Shown: positions 18,935-28,865 of the stretch, in pieces
How the letters are laid out: each line of letters opens with the position of its first letter
Numbering within the stretch: the stretch's first letter is position 1
Source: an uncultured Nitrososphaerota archaeon
GTDB lineage: Archaea; Thermoproteota; Nitrososphaeria; Nitrososphaerales; Gagatemarchaeaceae
Length of the DNA stretch: 64,000 nt
Direction: 5' to 3'
Assembly: GCA_963703285.1 (NCBI GenBank)
Contig: OY969807.1
Span: forward strand, 448,001 to 512,000
The notes under the pieces: generated by a model
Databases searched by the model: none
Seen by the model: the letters and a program-made list of their open reading frames with translations, nothing else
Told to the model about the DNA's origin: nothing
Program-made: the position numbers and the translations under genes

Positions 18935-19828
18935 TTGGAACCAGAGAGGGACCTCGTTGGCTACGGGAACAAGAAGTTCCACTTCTCCTGGCCCGGGGGC
19001 CGGAGGCTGGCCCTCAGCATAGTGCTCAACTTCGAGGAGGGCGCCGAGCACTCCGTCGCCACGGACGGGATGATAGAGTCGGTGGGGGAGTTCCTCCCCG
19101 TCGACCTGAAGGTGCGCGACGTGGGGAACGAGAGCGCCTACGAGTACGGCCCCCGCGTGGGCATCTGGAGGATCCTCGAGACCCTCAAGAAGTACGACGC
19201 CAGGGCTACCTTCTTCGCGACCGCGATGGCGCTCAGGGCCAACAAGCCGGCGACCGAGGCCATCGTGAAGGCGGGGCACGAGATAGCCGACCACGGGCTC
19301 ACATGGACGGAGCACTTCCGGTACACCTACGACGAGGAGAGGGAAGTCATCGTGAAGTCCGTCGCGCTCATCGAGGAGCTCATCGGGAAGAAGCCGGTCG
19401 GCTTCTACGCGAGGGAGCCTAGCCCCAACACTCTCCGCATCGTGGGGGAGCTGCCAAACTTCATCTACGACTCGGACGCCTACAACGACGACCTCCCCTA
19501 CAGGGCGAAGGGGGGTGGGATACTCATACTCCCGTACACCCCGGACGCGAACGACTTCCACTTCCTCTCGCCGATGCACCGCTTCAGCAACTCCTCGGAC
19601 TTCTTCGTCTATCTCAAGGACTCGTTCGATGTCCTCCGCGAGGAGAGCAAGGCCAAACCCAAGATGATGTCCGTCGGGCTGCACACCCGCGTCACGGGTA
19701 GGCCGGGTCGCATCGTGGCCCTCAGGCGGTTGCTGGAGTACGTGAGGGGGTTCGACGACGTCTGGATAGCGACGAGGGAGGAGATAGCCCGCTACTGGAT
19801 CGAGCAGGTAGAGCCCCTCCTGATGTGA
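18935..19828 (+). CDS. Polysaccharide deacetylase family protein (PuuE/allantoinase-like)
   Basis: RDLVGYG, WPGGRRLALSIVLNFEEG, ESAYEYGPRVG, YDSDAYNDDLPY, MMSVGLH..VTGRPGR. Confidence 0.88.
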   Translation: MEPERDLVGYGNKKFHFSWPGGRRLALSIVLNFEEGAEHSVATDGMIESVGEFLPVDLKVRDVGNESAYEYGPRVGIWRILETLKKYDARATFFATAMALRANKPATEAIVKAGHEIADHGLTWTEHFRYTYDEEREVIVKSVALIEELIGKKPVGFYAREPSPNTLRIVGELPNFIYDSDAYNDDLPYRAKGGGILILPYTPDANDFHFLSPMHRFSNSSDFFVYLKDSFDVLREESKAKPKMMSVGLHTRVTGRPGRIVALRRLLEYVRGFDDVWIATREEIARYWIEQVEPLLM

Positions 19829-19876
19829 TTTCGCCCCCGAAACGCACATTACCGGCGACGTCGGCACCCAGATGAT

Positions 19877-20293
19877 TTGCCGCTAAAGTTCGGGAAGATA
19901 GAGCAGACGGTCTTCGTTGACGCCAGCCCGGAAGAGGTCTACGAAGCCTTCCTCGACCCCAAGAAGCACGGCGCGTTCACCGGCTCGCCCGCGAAGACGA
20001 ACGCCAGGGTGGGCTCTGAGTTCACTGCCTGGGACGGGTACATCTCCGGCAAGAACGTCGAGCTCGTGAAGGGGAAGAAGATAGTCCAGGAGTGGGAGAC
20101 GACCGAGTGGCCGGAGGGGTACCCCCGCTCGCGGCTCGAGTTCACGCTGACACCCAAGAGGGGCGGGACCGAGCTCAAGATGGTCCACTCGAAGGTCCCT
20201 GCCGAGCAGGTCGAGGAGTACACGTCCGGCTGGTACAGCTCCTACTGGGAACCGCTCAAGGAGTACTTCGCAGAGAAGAAGCGCGCGCCCTAG
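19877..20293 (+). CDS. SRPBCC/AHSA1 (START-like) domain protein
   Basis: ASPEEVYEAFLD...FTAWDGYISG...KIVQEW...GWYSSYWEPLK. Confidence 0.85.
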   Translation: MPLKFGKIEQTVFVDASPEEVYEAFLDPKKHGAFTGSPAKTNARVGSEFTAWDGYISGKNVELVKGKKIVQEWETTEWPEGYPRSRLEFTLTPKRGGTELKMVHSKVPAEQVEEYTSGWYSSYWEPLKEYFAEKKRAP

Positions 20294-22005
20294 GCGTAGG
20301 ACGCCATCTTCTGGCCGAGCTCCGAGAGGAAGTCCTCGGTCCTGAGGCCGTACCTGACGTCGCCCTCTCTCGCCCTCACGGCGATGGTGCCTCCCTCCTG
20401 CTCCTTCCCCCCGATGACGACCATGTAGGGGATTTTCTGGAGCTGGGCGTTCCTGATCTTGCCCCCGATGGTCCCAGAGTCGTCGTCCAGCTCGGCCCTT
20501 ATGCCCGCGGAGCGCAGCTTCCTCAGCACTCCCGTGGCATACTCCCTGTTGTCGTCCGAGATGGGCAAGACCCTCACCTGCACCGGGGCCAGCCAGAGCG
20601 GGAACCTCCCCTGGTAGTGCTCGATGAGTATCCCAATGAACCTCTCGAGGGTTCCGAGTATCGTCCTGTGGATGACCACCGGGGTGTGCTCCTTGCCGTC
20701 CGTGCCGGTGTAGGCGAGCCTGAACCTCTTGGGCATCTGCATGTCGAGCTGGATGGTCGCGCACTGCCAGGCCCTCCCCATCGAATCCTGTATGTCGACG
20801 TCAATCTTGGGACCATAGAAGCCGCCCTCCTTCTCCTTGACCTCGTAGGGGAGCCCCTTCGAGGCGACGACCTCTTTGAGGATCTTGGTGGCCTTGTCCC
20901 ACTCCTCCTCGGTTCCGAGGTGCTGGTCGGGCATGGTCGAGACGTATACCTTGAAGTCGAGCTTGAACTTCCCGTACATCTCCACCATGAGGTCTAGGAG
21001 GCCGGCGATCTCGGCCGGAGCTCCCTCCTCGCTGACGAAGATGTGTGCGTCGTCCTGGGTGAGAACCTTGACCCTGAAGAGGCCGCTCGCGACGCCGCTG
21101 AGCTCGTTCCTGTAGAGCGGGTCGAAGTCCGAGACCCTGAGCGGGAGGTCCCTGAATGACCACTTCCGCGTCTTGTAGAAGAGGAACGTCGAGGGGCAGT
21201 TCATCGGCTTGAGCCCGAACTCCTCGTCGCCGAGGTGTGTGATGAACATGTTGTCCTTGTAGTTATCCCAGTGCCCGCTCACCTTCCAGAGCACGGTGTT
21301 GGCCAGCGAAGGGGTGCTGATCTCGATGTAGTTCCTCTTGGCCAGCTCCTCCCTCACGAGCGCGATCAGCCTGTCCCTCAGCTTGACGCCCTTGTCGTGC
21401 CAGTAGACCATCCCCGGGGACGGCTCCTGGAAGCTGAAGAGGTCGAGCCTCTCCCCGATGACCCTGTGGTCGGTCTCGGGGAGGCCCACGAAGTCGCTCT
21501 TCTTGACCCTGGCCAGCATCTGCTCCTCGGTCATCTCCGGCTTCCGCTCGGAGACCACCCTCACGGGCTCCGCGGGCAAGACCGCCTGCGCGGCGCCCGA
21601 CTGATAGACCCTCGACTGCTCGGCGAGCGGGTGGCCCTTGACCTTGATCTGGAACGCCTTGTTCCACCCGAACGGTGCCCTGTAGGTCTCCAGCCCCGCT
21701 TCCTTCGCGTACCTCTCCATCGCCTTCAGTACCTCGAGCGCCTCCCTCGGTCTGGCCAGGTTCTGAGAGAGGTGGGCGTAGGGGTAGATGATGACCCTGT
21801 TGACCTTAAGCCTCCCGAGGAACTCCCTGGTCCCCTCGATGGCCCTCTTGGCGACCTCGTCGTCGTCCCCCTGCTCGACCGATGTGAAGAGGACGACAAT
21901 CTCCTCGTAGCGGAACCTCTTCTTCTCGGCCTCCTCGGCGGAGGAGATCTCCTTCTCCTTCGGCTCGTACTCGATGAAGTCGAGGTGCTGCTGTAGTATC
22001 CTCAT
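20290..22005 (-). CDS. thrS: Threonyl-tRNA synthetase (archaeal editing domain + catalytic and anticodon domains)
   Basis: YPYAHLS and RAPFGWNKAF..KGHPLAE editing domain; DHRVIG, LKPMNCP, YRNELSG, QCATIQLD, ERFIGILIEH. Confidence 0.95.
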   Translation of the reverse strand: MRILQQHLDFIEYEPKEKEISSAEEAEKKRFRYEEIVVLFTSVEQGDDDEVAKRAIEGTREFLGRLKVNRVIIYPYAHLSQNLARPREALEVLKAMERYAKEAGLETYRAPFGWNKAFQIKVKGHPLAEQSRVYQSGAAQAVLPAEPVRVVSERKPEMTEEQMLARVKKSDFVGLPETDHRVIGERLDLFSFQEPSPGMVYWHDKGVKLRDRLIALVREELAKRNYIEISTPSLANTVLWKVSGHWDNYKDNMFITHLGDEEFGLKPMNCPSTFLFYKTRKWSFRDLPLRVSDFDPLYRNELSGVASGLFRVKVLTQDDAHIFVSEEGAPAEIAGLLDLMVEMYGKFKLDFKVYVSTMPDQHLGTEEEWDKATKILKEVVASKGLPYEVKEKEGGFYGPKIDVDIQDSMGRAWQCATIQLDMQMPKRFRLAYTGTDGKEHTPVVIHRTILGTLERFIGILIEHYQGRFPLWLAPVQVRVLPISDDNREYATGVLRKLRSAGIRAELDDDSGTIGGKIRNAQLQKIPYMVVIGGKEQEGGTIAVRAREGDVRYGLRTEDFLSELGQKMASYA

Positions 22006-22020
22006 GTAGACTATCCGGTC

Positions 22021-22227
22021 CTAGCCCCACCGGGCCCTCTCGATGTCGCGGTCCTTCTTGGTCGACTTCTTCCACGCCTTGTAGTGGTCGTGGCAGAGGT
22101 AGACCCTCCTGCCCTCTCCCCCGGCCGACAGGCCCGACCCTGCGAGCTGGCTTCTGCTGATGGACCTCTCGCCCGGGTTCCGGCAGCCGCCGACCGAGCA
22201 GGAGACGCCCTTCTCTATCTTCCCCAT
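22021..22227 (-). CDS. Small zinc-binding protein
   Basis: CSVGGC...YLCHDHY; compact ORF upstream of thrS. Confidence 0.7.
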   Translation of the reverse strand: MGKIEKGVSCSVGGCRNPGERSISRSQLAGSGLSAGGEGRRVYLCHDHYKAWKKSTKKDRDIERARWG

Positions 22228-22361
22228 GTGGAGCCGGCCTCTCTGCGGGTGACCACGTTTAGAATCTTGCGGTGGGACGCCGGGGATACTGTTTAGTCTC
22301 TTGTCATGATGGCCGTGGGATAGCCAGAAGGGGATTCTGGTCTATTCAGGCGGGATCGTGG

Positions 22362-22741
22362 TCAGCGTTCGCCGAACCGTAACCCCTTACCATGGATGAC
22401 ATCAAAGATGTTCCCGTCAGGGTCTGCCAAGGTGGTAAAGTCCTCTCCTCTACGCCGAGCCCGCTTGAGGGTCGCGCCGAGGTTGATTAGCCGTTTGACT
22501 TCATTCTCAGCGTCTGTGCTGTAGAGTTCCAAGTGGAGTCTGTACTGGTCCATATGCCCCCCTGACGTGAGGCCGAGTGAAATGTTAGGACCTTTCCCCT
22601 GAGGGTCTTTCAGAATGACCCAGCCCCTCTTTGGGGGTACTTCGGGACGTAATGAAGCGCCTCCTGCCAGAATGCCATCATCTTGGGAAAGTCATCGCAG
22701 TCAATGAATATTGAACCGACCCAGAGTTTGCCTTCTACCAT
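22362..22741 (-). CDS. VOC/glyoxalase-family protein, frameshifted at ~22635 (low-GC islet)
   Basis: MVEGKLWVGSIFIDCDDFPKMMAFWQEAL; adding one base to the homopolymer joins it to GWVILKDPQGKGPNISL...RLHLEL...LADPDGNIFDV. Confidence 0.75.
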
Positions 22742-22894
22742 AACTTTACGGCCAAGCGACGTTCAAGTCATTTGGGTTAAGAATTTCGGTTCCGTCAATG
22801 GAGCTTTTCTTGATTTCGGGTTAGAGCCGCACGTATCGCCCACGTATCGACGCCGGGAAGAGCTCTAATACGAACAGGGGGGAGGAGGCGGTGC

Positions 22895-23464
22895 GTGCTA
22901 GACAAGCTGAGGGGCAGGGTGGCCGCGGCCTCTCTCCGGATGGGGCGCAGCGCGGCGAGGGTGATGCCCTCGCCCACGGCCTGGACCGCGACGGGCTTCT
23001 TCTTCTCGCTCGTAGCCGCGGCCCTCTTCGCGACGGGCCATCCCGTCTACGGCGCGCTCGCCGGGGTCGCCGTCCTCGTCTCGGGGTTCTTCGACATCCT
23101 GGACGGGGCGGTCGCCAGGGCCACCGGCGCGGTCAGCAGGAGAGGCGCCTTTCTGGACTCGACGATGGACAGGGTGGGAGAGACGGCGATCTACCTGGGG
23201 ATACTGCTGGGGAACACGACCTCCCCGTTCCTCGTATTCCTCGCGCTCGCGGCGAGCCTCCTCGTGAGCTACACGAGGGCGAAGGCGGACGCCCTCTCCG
23301 TGAACCTCGCCGGGGTCGGCATAGGGGAGAGGAGCGAGAGGCTCATCGTGATCGGCGTCGCAGCGCTCCTGGGGCTGCTGCCCTGGGGCGTCATCGTGGT
23401 CGCGGCTCTCGCCATCGTCACGTTCGTGGAGAGGGTGGCGAGGGTGACGGCGGCGCTGAAGTAG
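22895..23464 (+). CDS. pgsA: CDP-alcohol phosphatidyltransferase (archaetidylinositol-phosphate synthase-like)
   Basis: DILDGAVARATG...GAFLDSTMDR signature; LVSYTRAKA, GIGERSER. Confidence 0.9.
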   Translation: MLDKLRGRVAAASLRMGRSAARVMPSPTAWTATGFFFSLVAAALFATGHPVYGALAGVAVLVSGFFDILDGAVARATGAVSRRGAFLDSTMDRVGETAIYLGILLGNTTSPFLVFLALAASLLVSYTRAKADALSVNLAGVGIGERSERLIVIGVAALLGLLPWGVIVVAALAIVTFVERVARVTAALK

Positions 23465-24242
23465 AAACGGTCCCTGCGTTGGCCAGCTCGCGCTTGTCTA
23501 GGCCCCGTCTCGCACGCGCTGTTCTGTTTTGAATCCACGCTTCGACCATGTCGTCGAGTTGTGTTTGTGATAGCTTGGTCCTTCTTCTCTCGTTCCAAGC
23601 TTCGACAGACTGCCTTGCGAATTGCCTCCAAACCGTTCCCATATAGACGTCGGTGGTTAGCTTTCCCCGGATGACCCCCGAAGATGGAAAGAAAGATAGG
23701 GCGGCTCTTGACTCGAGTGCCTTCAGGCCTTTCAAGTCGTCTGACAGGAGGCTAAGAAGGCAGTATGCTCTTACGCCTTGAAGCTTGACGATGTGAGTCG
23801 GAAGCCGTCCCTTCGGAGGGGTAGCCCCGGAGATTACTCTTGCCCCCAGTTGCTCGGCGATGACATCGATAGCACCGTCATCATTCATCGCTCCTTCTAC
23901 CATCAAGGATGTCCTGCCGGATTGTCGAGAGTGCGCTACAGTTATCGACGCTTCGTCCGATATCCACTGTGCGACTCTGGCTCTAGCTGCAGGCGTAGAC
24001 AAGAGGTCTGAGAGTACCTGGTTGATTGGAATCTCCGGTCGCATTTCTGGTTTGAGGTTGAGCCTTTGTGTCCATCGTGTGACAGTACGCCTCGAGACCC
24101 CGAAGAAAGTCGCTACCGAAGTCTGAGTTCCTAACTCATGATATGCTTCTAGAATGCGTTCAGACGGAGGGGGTGAAACTGGACTTGTGTTGGTGTGCTC
24201 AATACGATTGGCACTCTGAGACCGTGCCGCGGAGCTTCCCAA
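23418..24242 (-). mobile_element. Low-GC free-standing ORF: N-terminal HTH + degenerate LAGLIDADG-like endonuclease domain
   Basis: GC and codon shift begins at the pgsA stop; TQTSVATFFGVSRRTVTRW HTH; VAQWISDEASITV resembles a LAGLIDADG helix; HIVKLQGVRAYCLLSLL fits the downstream strand-helix; TTG at 24242 about 30 nt after a TATA-like CTTAAA. Confidence 0.55.
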
Positions 24243-24345
24243 AGTTCTCTGCGGATAGAAGCCATTTCTCGGTTTAAGCACCAATGTCTGACAAAAGAAG
24301 GAATGAAGAGGGGTCGGGTCCCTCAACATTTCCGGTTGGCTTTGC

Positions 24346-24621
24346 TTAGTTGAACCTTCGCTCCGCCTTCGCTCTCACGTTGACGATGCCGTAGTGCACC
24401 GCGCAAGACACGCAATAATATTTTACAGAGGTCGGACTTGCGATGTACGCGCCCGCCGCCCTCAGCTCCCTCGCAAGCTGGGGCTCGACCAAGCTCGTCC
24501 TGGTCGTCACCTTCTTCGCCTTGTCCCTGGGAACGTGCGCGCCGCAGTTGCTGCAGGAGACGACTGCCGAGCTGCCCTTGCCGCCCTTGGCTCTTCCTCG
24601 GCTCTTCCTTTTCTTGGTCAT
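24346..24621 (-). CDS. rps26e: 30S ribosomal protein S26e
   Basis: KKRKSRGR...CSNCGAHVPRDKAKK...YCVSCAVH. Confidence 0.96.
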   Translation of the reverse strand: MTKKRKSRGRAKGGKGSSAVVSCSNCGAHVPRDKAKKVTTRTSLVEPQLARELRAAGAYIASPTSVKYYCVSCAVHYGIVNVRAKAERRFN

Positions 24622-24770
24622 AACGGCAGCGCCCCCGGGGGTGGCTTAAAAGGTTGGGGTGCCAGACGGCTCCCCGAGCTCCTGAGACCCGCCCGCGGAA
24701 ATTCCTAAATACGGAACGGCCGGGCGGTGCGAAAGGCGAGCTGGTAACGTCCCTAACACCCGTCTCCGCA

Positions 24771-26417
24771 GTGACCGCGCAGGGTCAGCCTCCCCAGATC
24801 CTCAACGAGGACGCGACGCAGACGAGGGGGGACTCGGCGCGGAGGAACAACATCCAGGCGGCGATGCTCATCGCGGCGACGGTGCGGACGTCGCTGGGCC
24901 CCCACGGGATGGACAAGATGTGCATCTCCTACGAGAACGTCGTGACGATAACCAACGACGGCGCGACGATGCTGAAGGACATGATGGTCTACCACCCCGC
25001 GGCCAAGATACTGGTGGAGCTCTCGAAGGCCACCGACGGGACGGTGGGGGACGGCACGACCTCGGCGGTCGTCCTCGCCGGGGCACTGCTCGAGAGGGCG
25101 GACGAGCTGATGAAGAGGGGCCTCCATCCCGTCGTGATAGCCGGGGGGTTCGCGAAGGCGGCCGCGAAGGCGGTCCAGGTGCTCGAGGAGGACTCGGTGA
25201 AGGTGCCGGCGCGGGACAGGGCGACGCTGGTCAAGGCCGCCAGGACGAGCATGCAGACCAAGGTCATCGCCGGGTACGCCCAGACGCTGGCCGAGAAGGT
25301 GGCGGACGCGGTGCTTAACGTAGCCTACCTGAAGGACGGCAAGTACCTCGTCGACATCAAGAGCATAAAGGTGGAGAAGAAGGCCGGCGGGGGCGTCTCG
25401 GACACGAGGTTCATCAGGGGCGTGACGCTGGACCAGAAGCTCGTCCACCCGAACATGCCGAAGAGGATAGAGAAGGCCAAGATCGCGATACTCAGCGTCC
25501 CCTTCAAGATCGATACGACGAAGTTTGCCTACCTCAACAACATGATCACCATCAGGGACCCGTCGATGCTGACGAAGTTCCTCGACGAGGAGACGAGGAT
25601 GCTCAGGTCCATGGTCGATAAGGTCAAGGCGACGGGTGCAACCATGGTCATCTGCCAGAAGGAGATCGACGAAGTGGCCCAGTCGCTGCTAGACAGGGCG
25701 GGGTTGATCGCGGTGCAGAAGGCCTACGAGTACGAGATGGCGAGGACGGCGCGGGCGGTCGGCGCCAGGATCGTCGACAACTTCGACGACCTCAGGGCGG
25801 AGGACCTCGGCTATGCCGAGGTGGTCGAGGAGCGGAAGCTCGACAACGACACGTTGCTCTTCATCGAGGGGTGCAGGGACCCGAGGTCAGTGACGATACT
25901 CATCAGGGGCGCCCAGAAGAGGATTCTCGAGGAGGCCGATCGGTCGATCCACGACGCGATAATGGTGGCCAAGGACCTGTTGGAGGAGCCGGCGCTCGTC
26001 GCGGGCGGGGGCGCGGCGGAGGCGGAGGCGGCCTACCAGGTTGAGAAGTGGTCGGAGGGGCTCTCCGGCCGCGAGCAGCTGGCCGCCGAGAAGTTCGCCG
26101 AGGCGCTCGAGCAGATACCGATAACTCTGGCCGAGAACGCAGGGATGGACAGGATCAACACGGCGGCCGAGCTACGGTCCAAGCACGGCGCCGGGGGCAG
26201 GTGGCACGGCGTCTCCGCCGCGGGCAAGGTGGCGGACATGCGCAAGGAGGACGTCGTGGAGCCCCTGAAGGTGAAGAGGCAGGTCGTCCTCGCCGCGACC
26301 GAGGCGGCGTCGATGATCCTGCGCGTCGACAACATAGTGATGAGGAAGCCGCCGAACCCGCACCTCCAGCAGGGGATGGAGAGGACGCCTGAGATGAACG
26401 CGCCTCCGCCGGTCTGA
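24771..26417 (+). CDS. ths: Thermosome (group II chaperonin) subunit
   Basis: SLGPHGMDKM, TNDGAT, VGDGTTS, GGGAAE, LAENAG, VVEPLKVK; probable GTG start (VTAQGQP). Confidence 0.92.
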   Translation: MTAQGQPPQILNEDATQTRGDSARRNNIQAAMLIAATVRTSLGPHGMDKMCISYENVVTITNDGATMLKDMMVYHPAAKILVELSKATDGTVGDGTTSAVVLAGALLERADELMKRGLHPVVIAGGFAKAAAKAVQVLEEDSVKVPARDRATLVKAARTSMQTKVIAGYAQTLAEKVADAVLNVAYLKDGKYLVDIKSIKVEKKAGGGVSDTRFIRGVTLDQKLVHPNMPKRIEKAKIAILSVPFKIDTTKFAYLNNMITIRDPSMLTKFLDEETRMLRSMVDKVKATGATMVICQKEIDEVAQSLLDRAGLIAVQKAYEYEMARTARAVGARIVDNFDDLRAEDLGYAEVVEERKLDNDTLLFIEGCRDPRSVTILIRGAQKRILEEADRSIHDAIMVAKDLLEEPALVAGGGAAEAEAAYQVEKWSEGLSGREQLAAEKFAEALEQIPITLAENAGMDRINTAAELRSKHGAGGRWHGVSAAGKVADMRKEDVVEPLKVKRQVVLAATEAASMILRVDNIVMRKPPNPHLQQGMERTPEMNAPPPV

Positions 26418-26489
26418 GCCCGCGCGCAGCGGGACCGTCCCCTAGCCAAACTCTTAGATAATCTCCGATTGGTAGGCGGTGCCTCTCCG

Positions 26490-27392
26490 ATGAACGTCCT
26501 CGTCGCCGGTTTCATGACCATCGACAAGATCGAGCTTCCGGTCAGGACGATATCGTCGGTCGGGGGTCCTCCCTCCTACGCGGGGCTCCTCTGCTCCCGC
26601 TTCGGGCTGGACGTCACCGCGCTGACGAAGATAGGTGTCGACTTCCCGGACGAGCAGCTCGTCTGGCTCGCGCGGAACGGGCTGACGCTGAGGGCGGTCG
26701 ACAAGAGCGCGACGAAGAAGACCACACGCTTCAAGCTCGTCCCCAAGGGCGACGAGAGGGTCCTCTACCTCCTCGAGAGGTGCGAGGACATCGGCATCGA
26801 GCAGGTCCCCGACACGCACTACAACGCGCTCCTCGTGAGCCCCCTCGCCAACGAGATCACCCAGCCCGTCTTCGACGAGATACGGCGGCGCTCCGACTTC
26901 TGCTTCCTCGACCCCCAGGGCTACGTCAGGAGCTTCGACGATACGGGTCGCGTCTACGTGACGCCCTGGAGCGACGAGAAGGTCCTGGGGTCGGTGGACG
27001 CGCTCAAGATGGACCTCGCCGAGTGCGAGGCGATAACTGGGAAGGCCGTCCCCGCGGAGGCCTTCGCGAAGCTCTCCGCGAGGGGGATAAGGAAGGCGGT
27101 CATCACCAGTGGCGCAAACCCCGCCATGGTGCTCGACGGCACGCGGGTGATGAGGGTCGAGGTCCCGACCGTGAAGGTGGTCGACTCGACCGGCGCCGGA
27201 GACATCTTCGCAGGGGCCCTCGTGACCTGCTACCTGCGCTCCCGCGACTTCCTCTGGTCCTGCTGCTTCGGAATCGCCGCCTCCTCCCTCTCCCTGACCT
27301 CCATAGCGCTGGGGAAGGTGGACCTTCCGAGGTCCGTCGACCAGGTGGCCCGGCGGCTCTACTCGTCCGCCGTCACCGTCTCGACGGCCTAG
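26490..27392 (+). CDS. PfkB/ribokinase-family carbohydrate kinase
   Basis: GGPPSYA, LDPQG, VDSTGAGDIFAG. Confidence 0.9.
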   Translation: MNVLVAGFMTIDKIELPVRTISSVGGPPSYAGLLCSRFGLDVTALTKIGVDFPDEQLVWLARNGLTLRAVDKSATKKTTRFKLVPKGDERVLYLLERCEDIGIEQVPDTHYNALLVSPLANEITQPVFDEIRRRSDFCFLDPQGYVRSFDDTGRVYVTPWSDEKVLGSVDALKMDLAECEAITGKAVPAEAFAKLSARGIRKAVITSGANPAMVLDGTRVMRVEVPTVKVVDSTGAGDIFAGALVTCYLRSRDFLWSCCFGIAASSLSLTSIALGKVDLPRSVDQVARRLYSSAVTVSTA

Positions 27393-27394
27393 GC

Positions 27395-28840
27395 TCAGTA
27401 GGACTTTGCGAAGTTGGCGATGGACGCTCCGGCGGCCCCGCAGAGCACGCACGCGCCCGCGCCTCCCGCCTGACCGAGCGGGATGTTGATTATCTTCGCC
27501 CCCGTCTCCTGCTTGACCTTCTCCTCGCAGGCGGAGGCGCCGCACCACCGCGCCTGGACCACGCCGCCCTTCGATGCGATTATGGTCTTCAGCTCGTCGT
27601 AGGTGTCGGCCGCGCGGACGTTCGCCTTCAGCCACTCGGTGGCCCGCGAGAGCAGGTTGCTCTGGATCTCCTGCAGCTCCCTGGAGACCTCCTGGGCCAG
27701 GTCCGTGAGCTTGACGGCCCGCTTTGAGGAGGTGTCCCTCCTCGCCAGCACCGCCTGGCCCTGCTCCATATCCCTGGGCCCGACCTCGACCCTGAGGGGC
27801 ACCCCCCGCAACTCCCACTCGTTGAACTTCCTGCCCGGCGTAAGGTAGTCCCTTTCGTCGAGCTTCACCGCGAACGAGCGGGCAAGCTCGTCGCGAATCC
27901 TTCTTGCGACCTCGAGCACCGGCCCCTTCGTCTCGTCCTTGACTATGGGGACGATGACGACCTGGATGGGCGCCACCCTGGGTGGCAGTACCGGCCCTCT
28001 GTCGTCGCCGTGCATGGCGACCATCACCCCGATCTCCCGCGTGGTTATCGCCCACGTGTTCTGCCAGACGAGCTGCCTCTCGCCCTTCTGGTCGACGAAG
28101 CCGAGGTCGAACGCCTTGGCGAAGTTCTGGCCGTCGGAGTGGAAGTCGGGCCCCTGGATTGCCTTCCCATCCGGCATGACGTGCTCTATGCTGTAGCTGG
28201 CGAGCGCGCCTGCGAACTTCTCGCTCTCGGTCTTCCTCCCCATCAGGCCGGGGAGCGCCATGAGGTCCTCGGTAATCATCTTGTAGATACCCAGTATCTG
28301 GTCCCTCTCCGCCTCGGCCTCCTCCCTCGTGGCGAACATCGTGTGTCCCTCGTTCCAGAGGAACTCCCTCCCCCGCAAGAACGGTGTCGGGTGCTTGAAC
28401 TCCCACCTGACAACGTTGTTCCAGAGGTTCAGCCTGAGAGGGAGGTCCCTCCATGACCTTATCCACTTCTTGACGACCTCGTAGATTATCGTCTCCGATG
28501 TGGGCCGAACCGCGAGCCTCTCCTCGAGCTTCGAGTTGCCCGCCTCGCTGACCCACGCGACCTCCGGGGCGAACCCCTGTACGTGCTCCTGCTCCTTCCT
28601 CAGCAGGCGCTCGGGTATGAAGAGTGGGAAGTACGCGTTCTGCACGCCCGCCTTCTTGAACTCGAGGTCGGTCGCGTCCCTGACCTTCTCCCAGACGGCG
28701 TAGCCCGAGGGGCGGTAGACGAGGCAGCCGGAGACGGGGCTGTAGTCGGCGAGCTCCGACCTTAGGATCGCCTGGGTGTACCACTCGTCGAAGTCCTCCG
28801 CCTTCTTCGCCGTCATACCCTCCTGCTTGCCCTCGGACAT
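27395..28840 (-). CDS. proS: Prolyl-tRNA synthetase (archaeal/eukaryotic type)
   Basis: GFAPEVAWV, RPTSET, FLRGREFLWNEGHT, EKFAGA, C-terminal FAKSY. Confidence 0.96.
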   Translation of the reverse strand: MSEGKQEGMTAKKAEDFDEWYTQAILRSELADYSPVSGCLVYRPSGYAVWEKVRDATDLEFKKAGVQNAYFPLFIPERLLRKEQEHVQGFAPEVAWVSEAGNSKLEERLAVRPTSETIIYEVVKKWIRSWRDLPLRLNLWNNVVRWEFKHPTPFLRGREFLWNEGHTMFATREEAEAERDQILGIYKMITEDLMALPGLMGRKTESEKFAGALASYSIEHVMPDGKAIQGPDFHSDGQNFAKAFDLGFVDQKGERQLVWQNTWAITTREIGVMVAMHGDDRGPVLPPRVAPIQVVIVPIVKDETKGPVLEVARRIRDELARSFAVKLDERDYLTPGRKFNEWELRGVPLRVEVGPRDMEQGQAVLARRDTSSKRAVKLTDLAQEVSRELQEIQSNLLSRATEWLKANVRAADTYDELKTIIASKGGVVQARWCGASACEEKVKQETGAKIINIPLGQAGGAGACVLCGAAGASIANFAKSY

Positions 28841-28865
28841 GGAGTTGGACGGGGCTTCCTCAGGG

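Noticed and set aside
26454-28784. Very long alternative-frame ORFs (776 aa here; also 37671-39425, 7616-9109, 2129-3472)
   Set aside because: Overlap well-supported genes, have no motifs, and are expected from stop-codon scarcity at high GC
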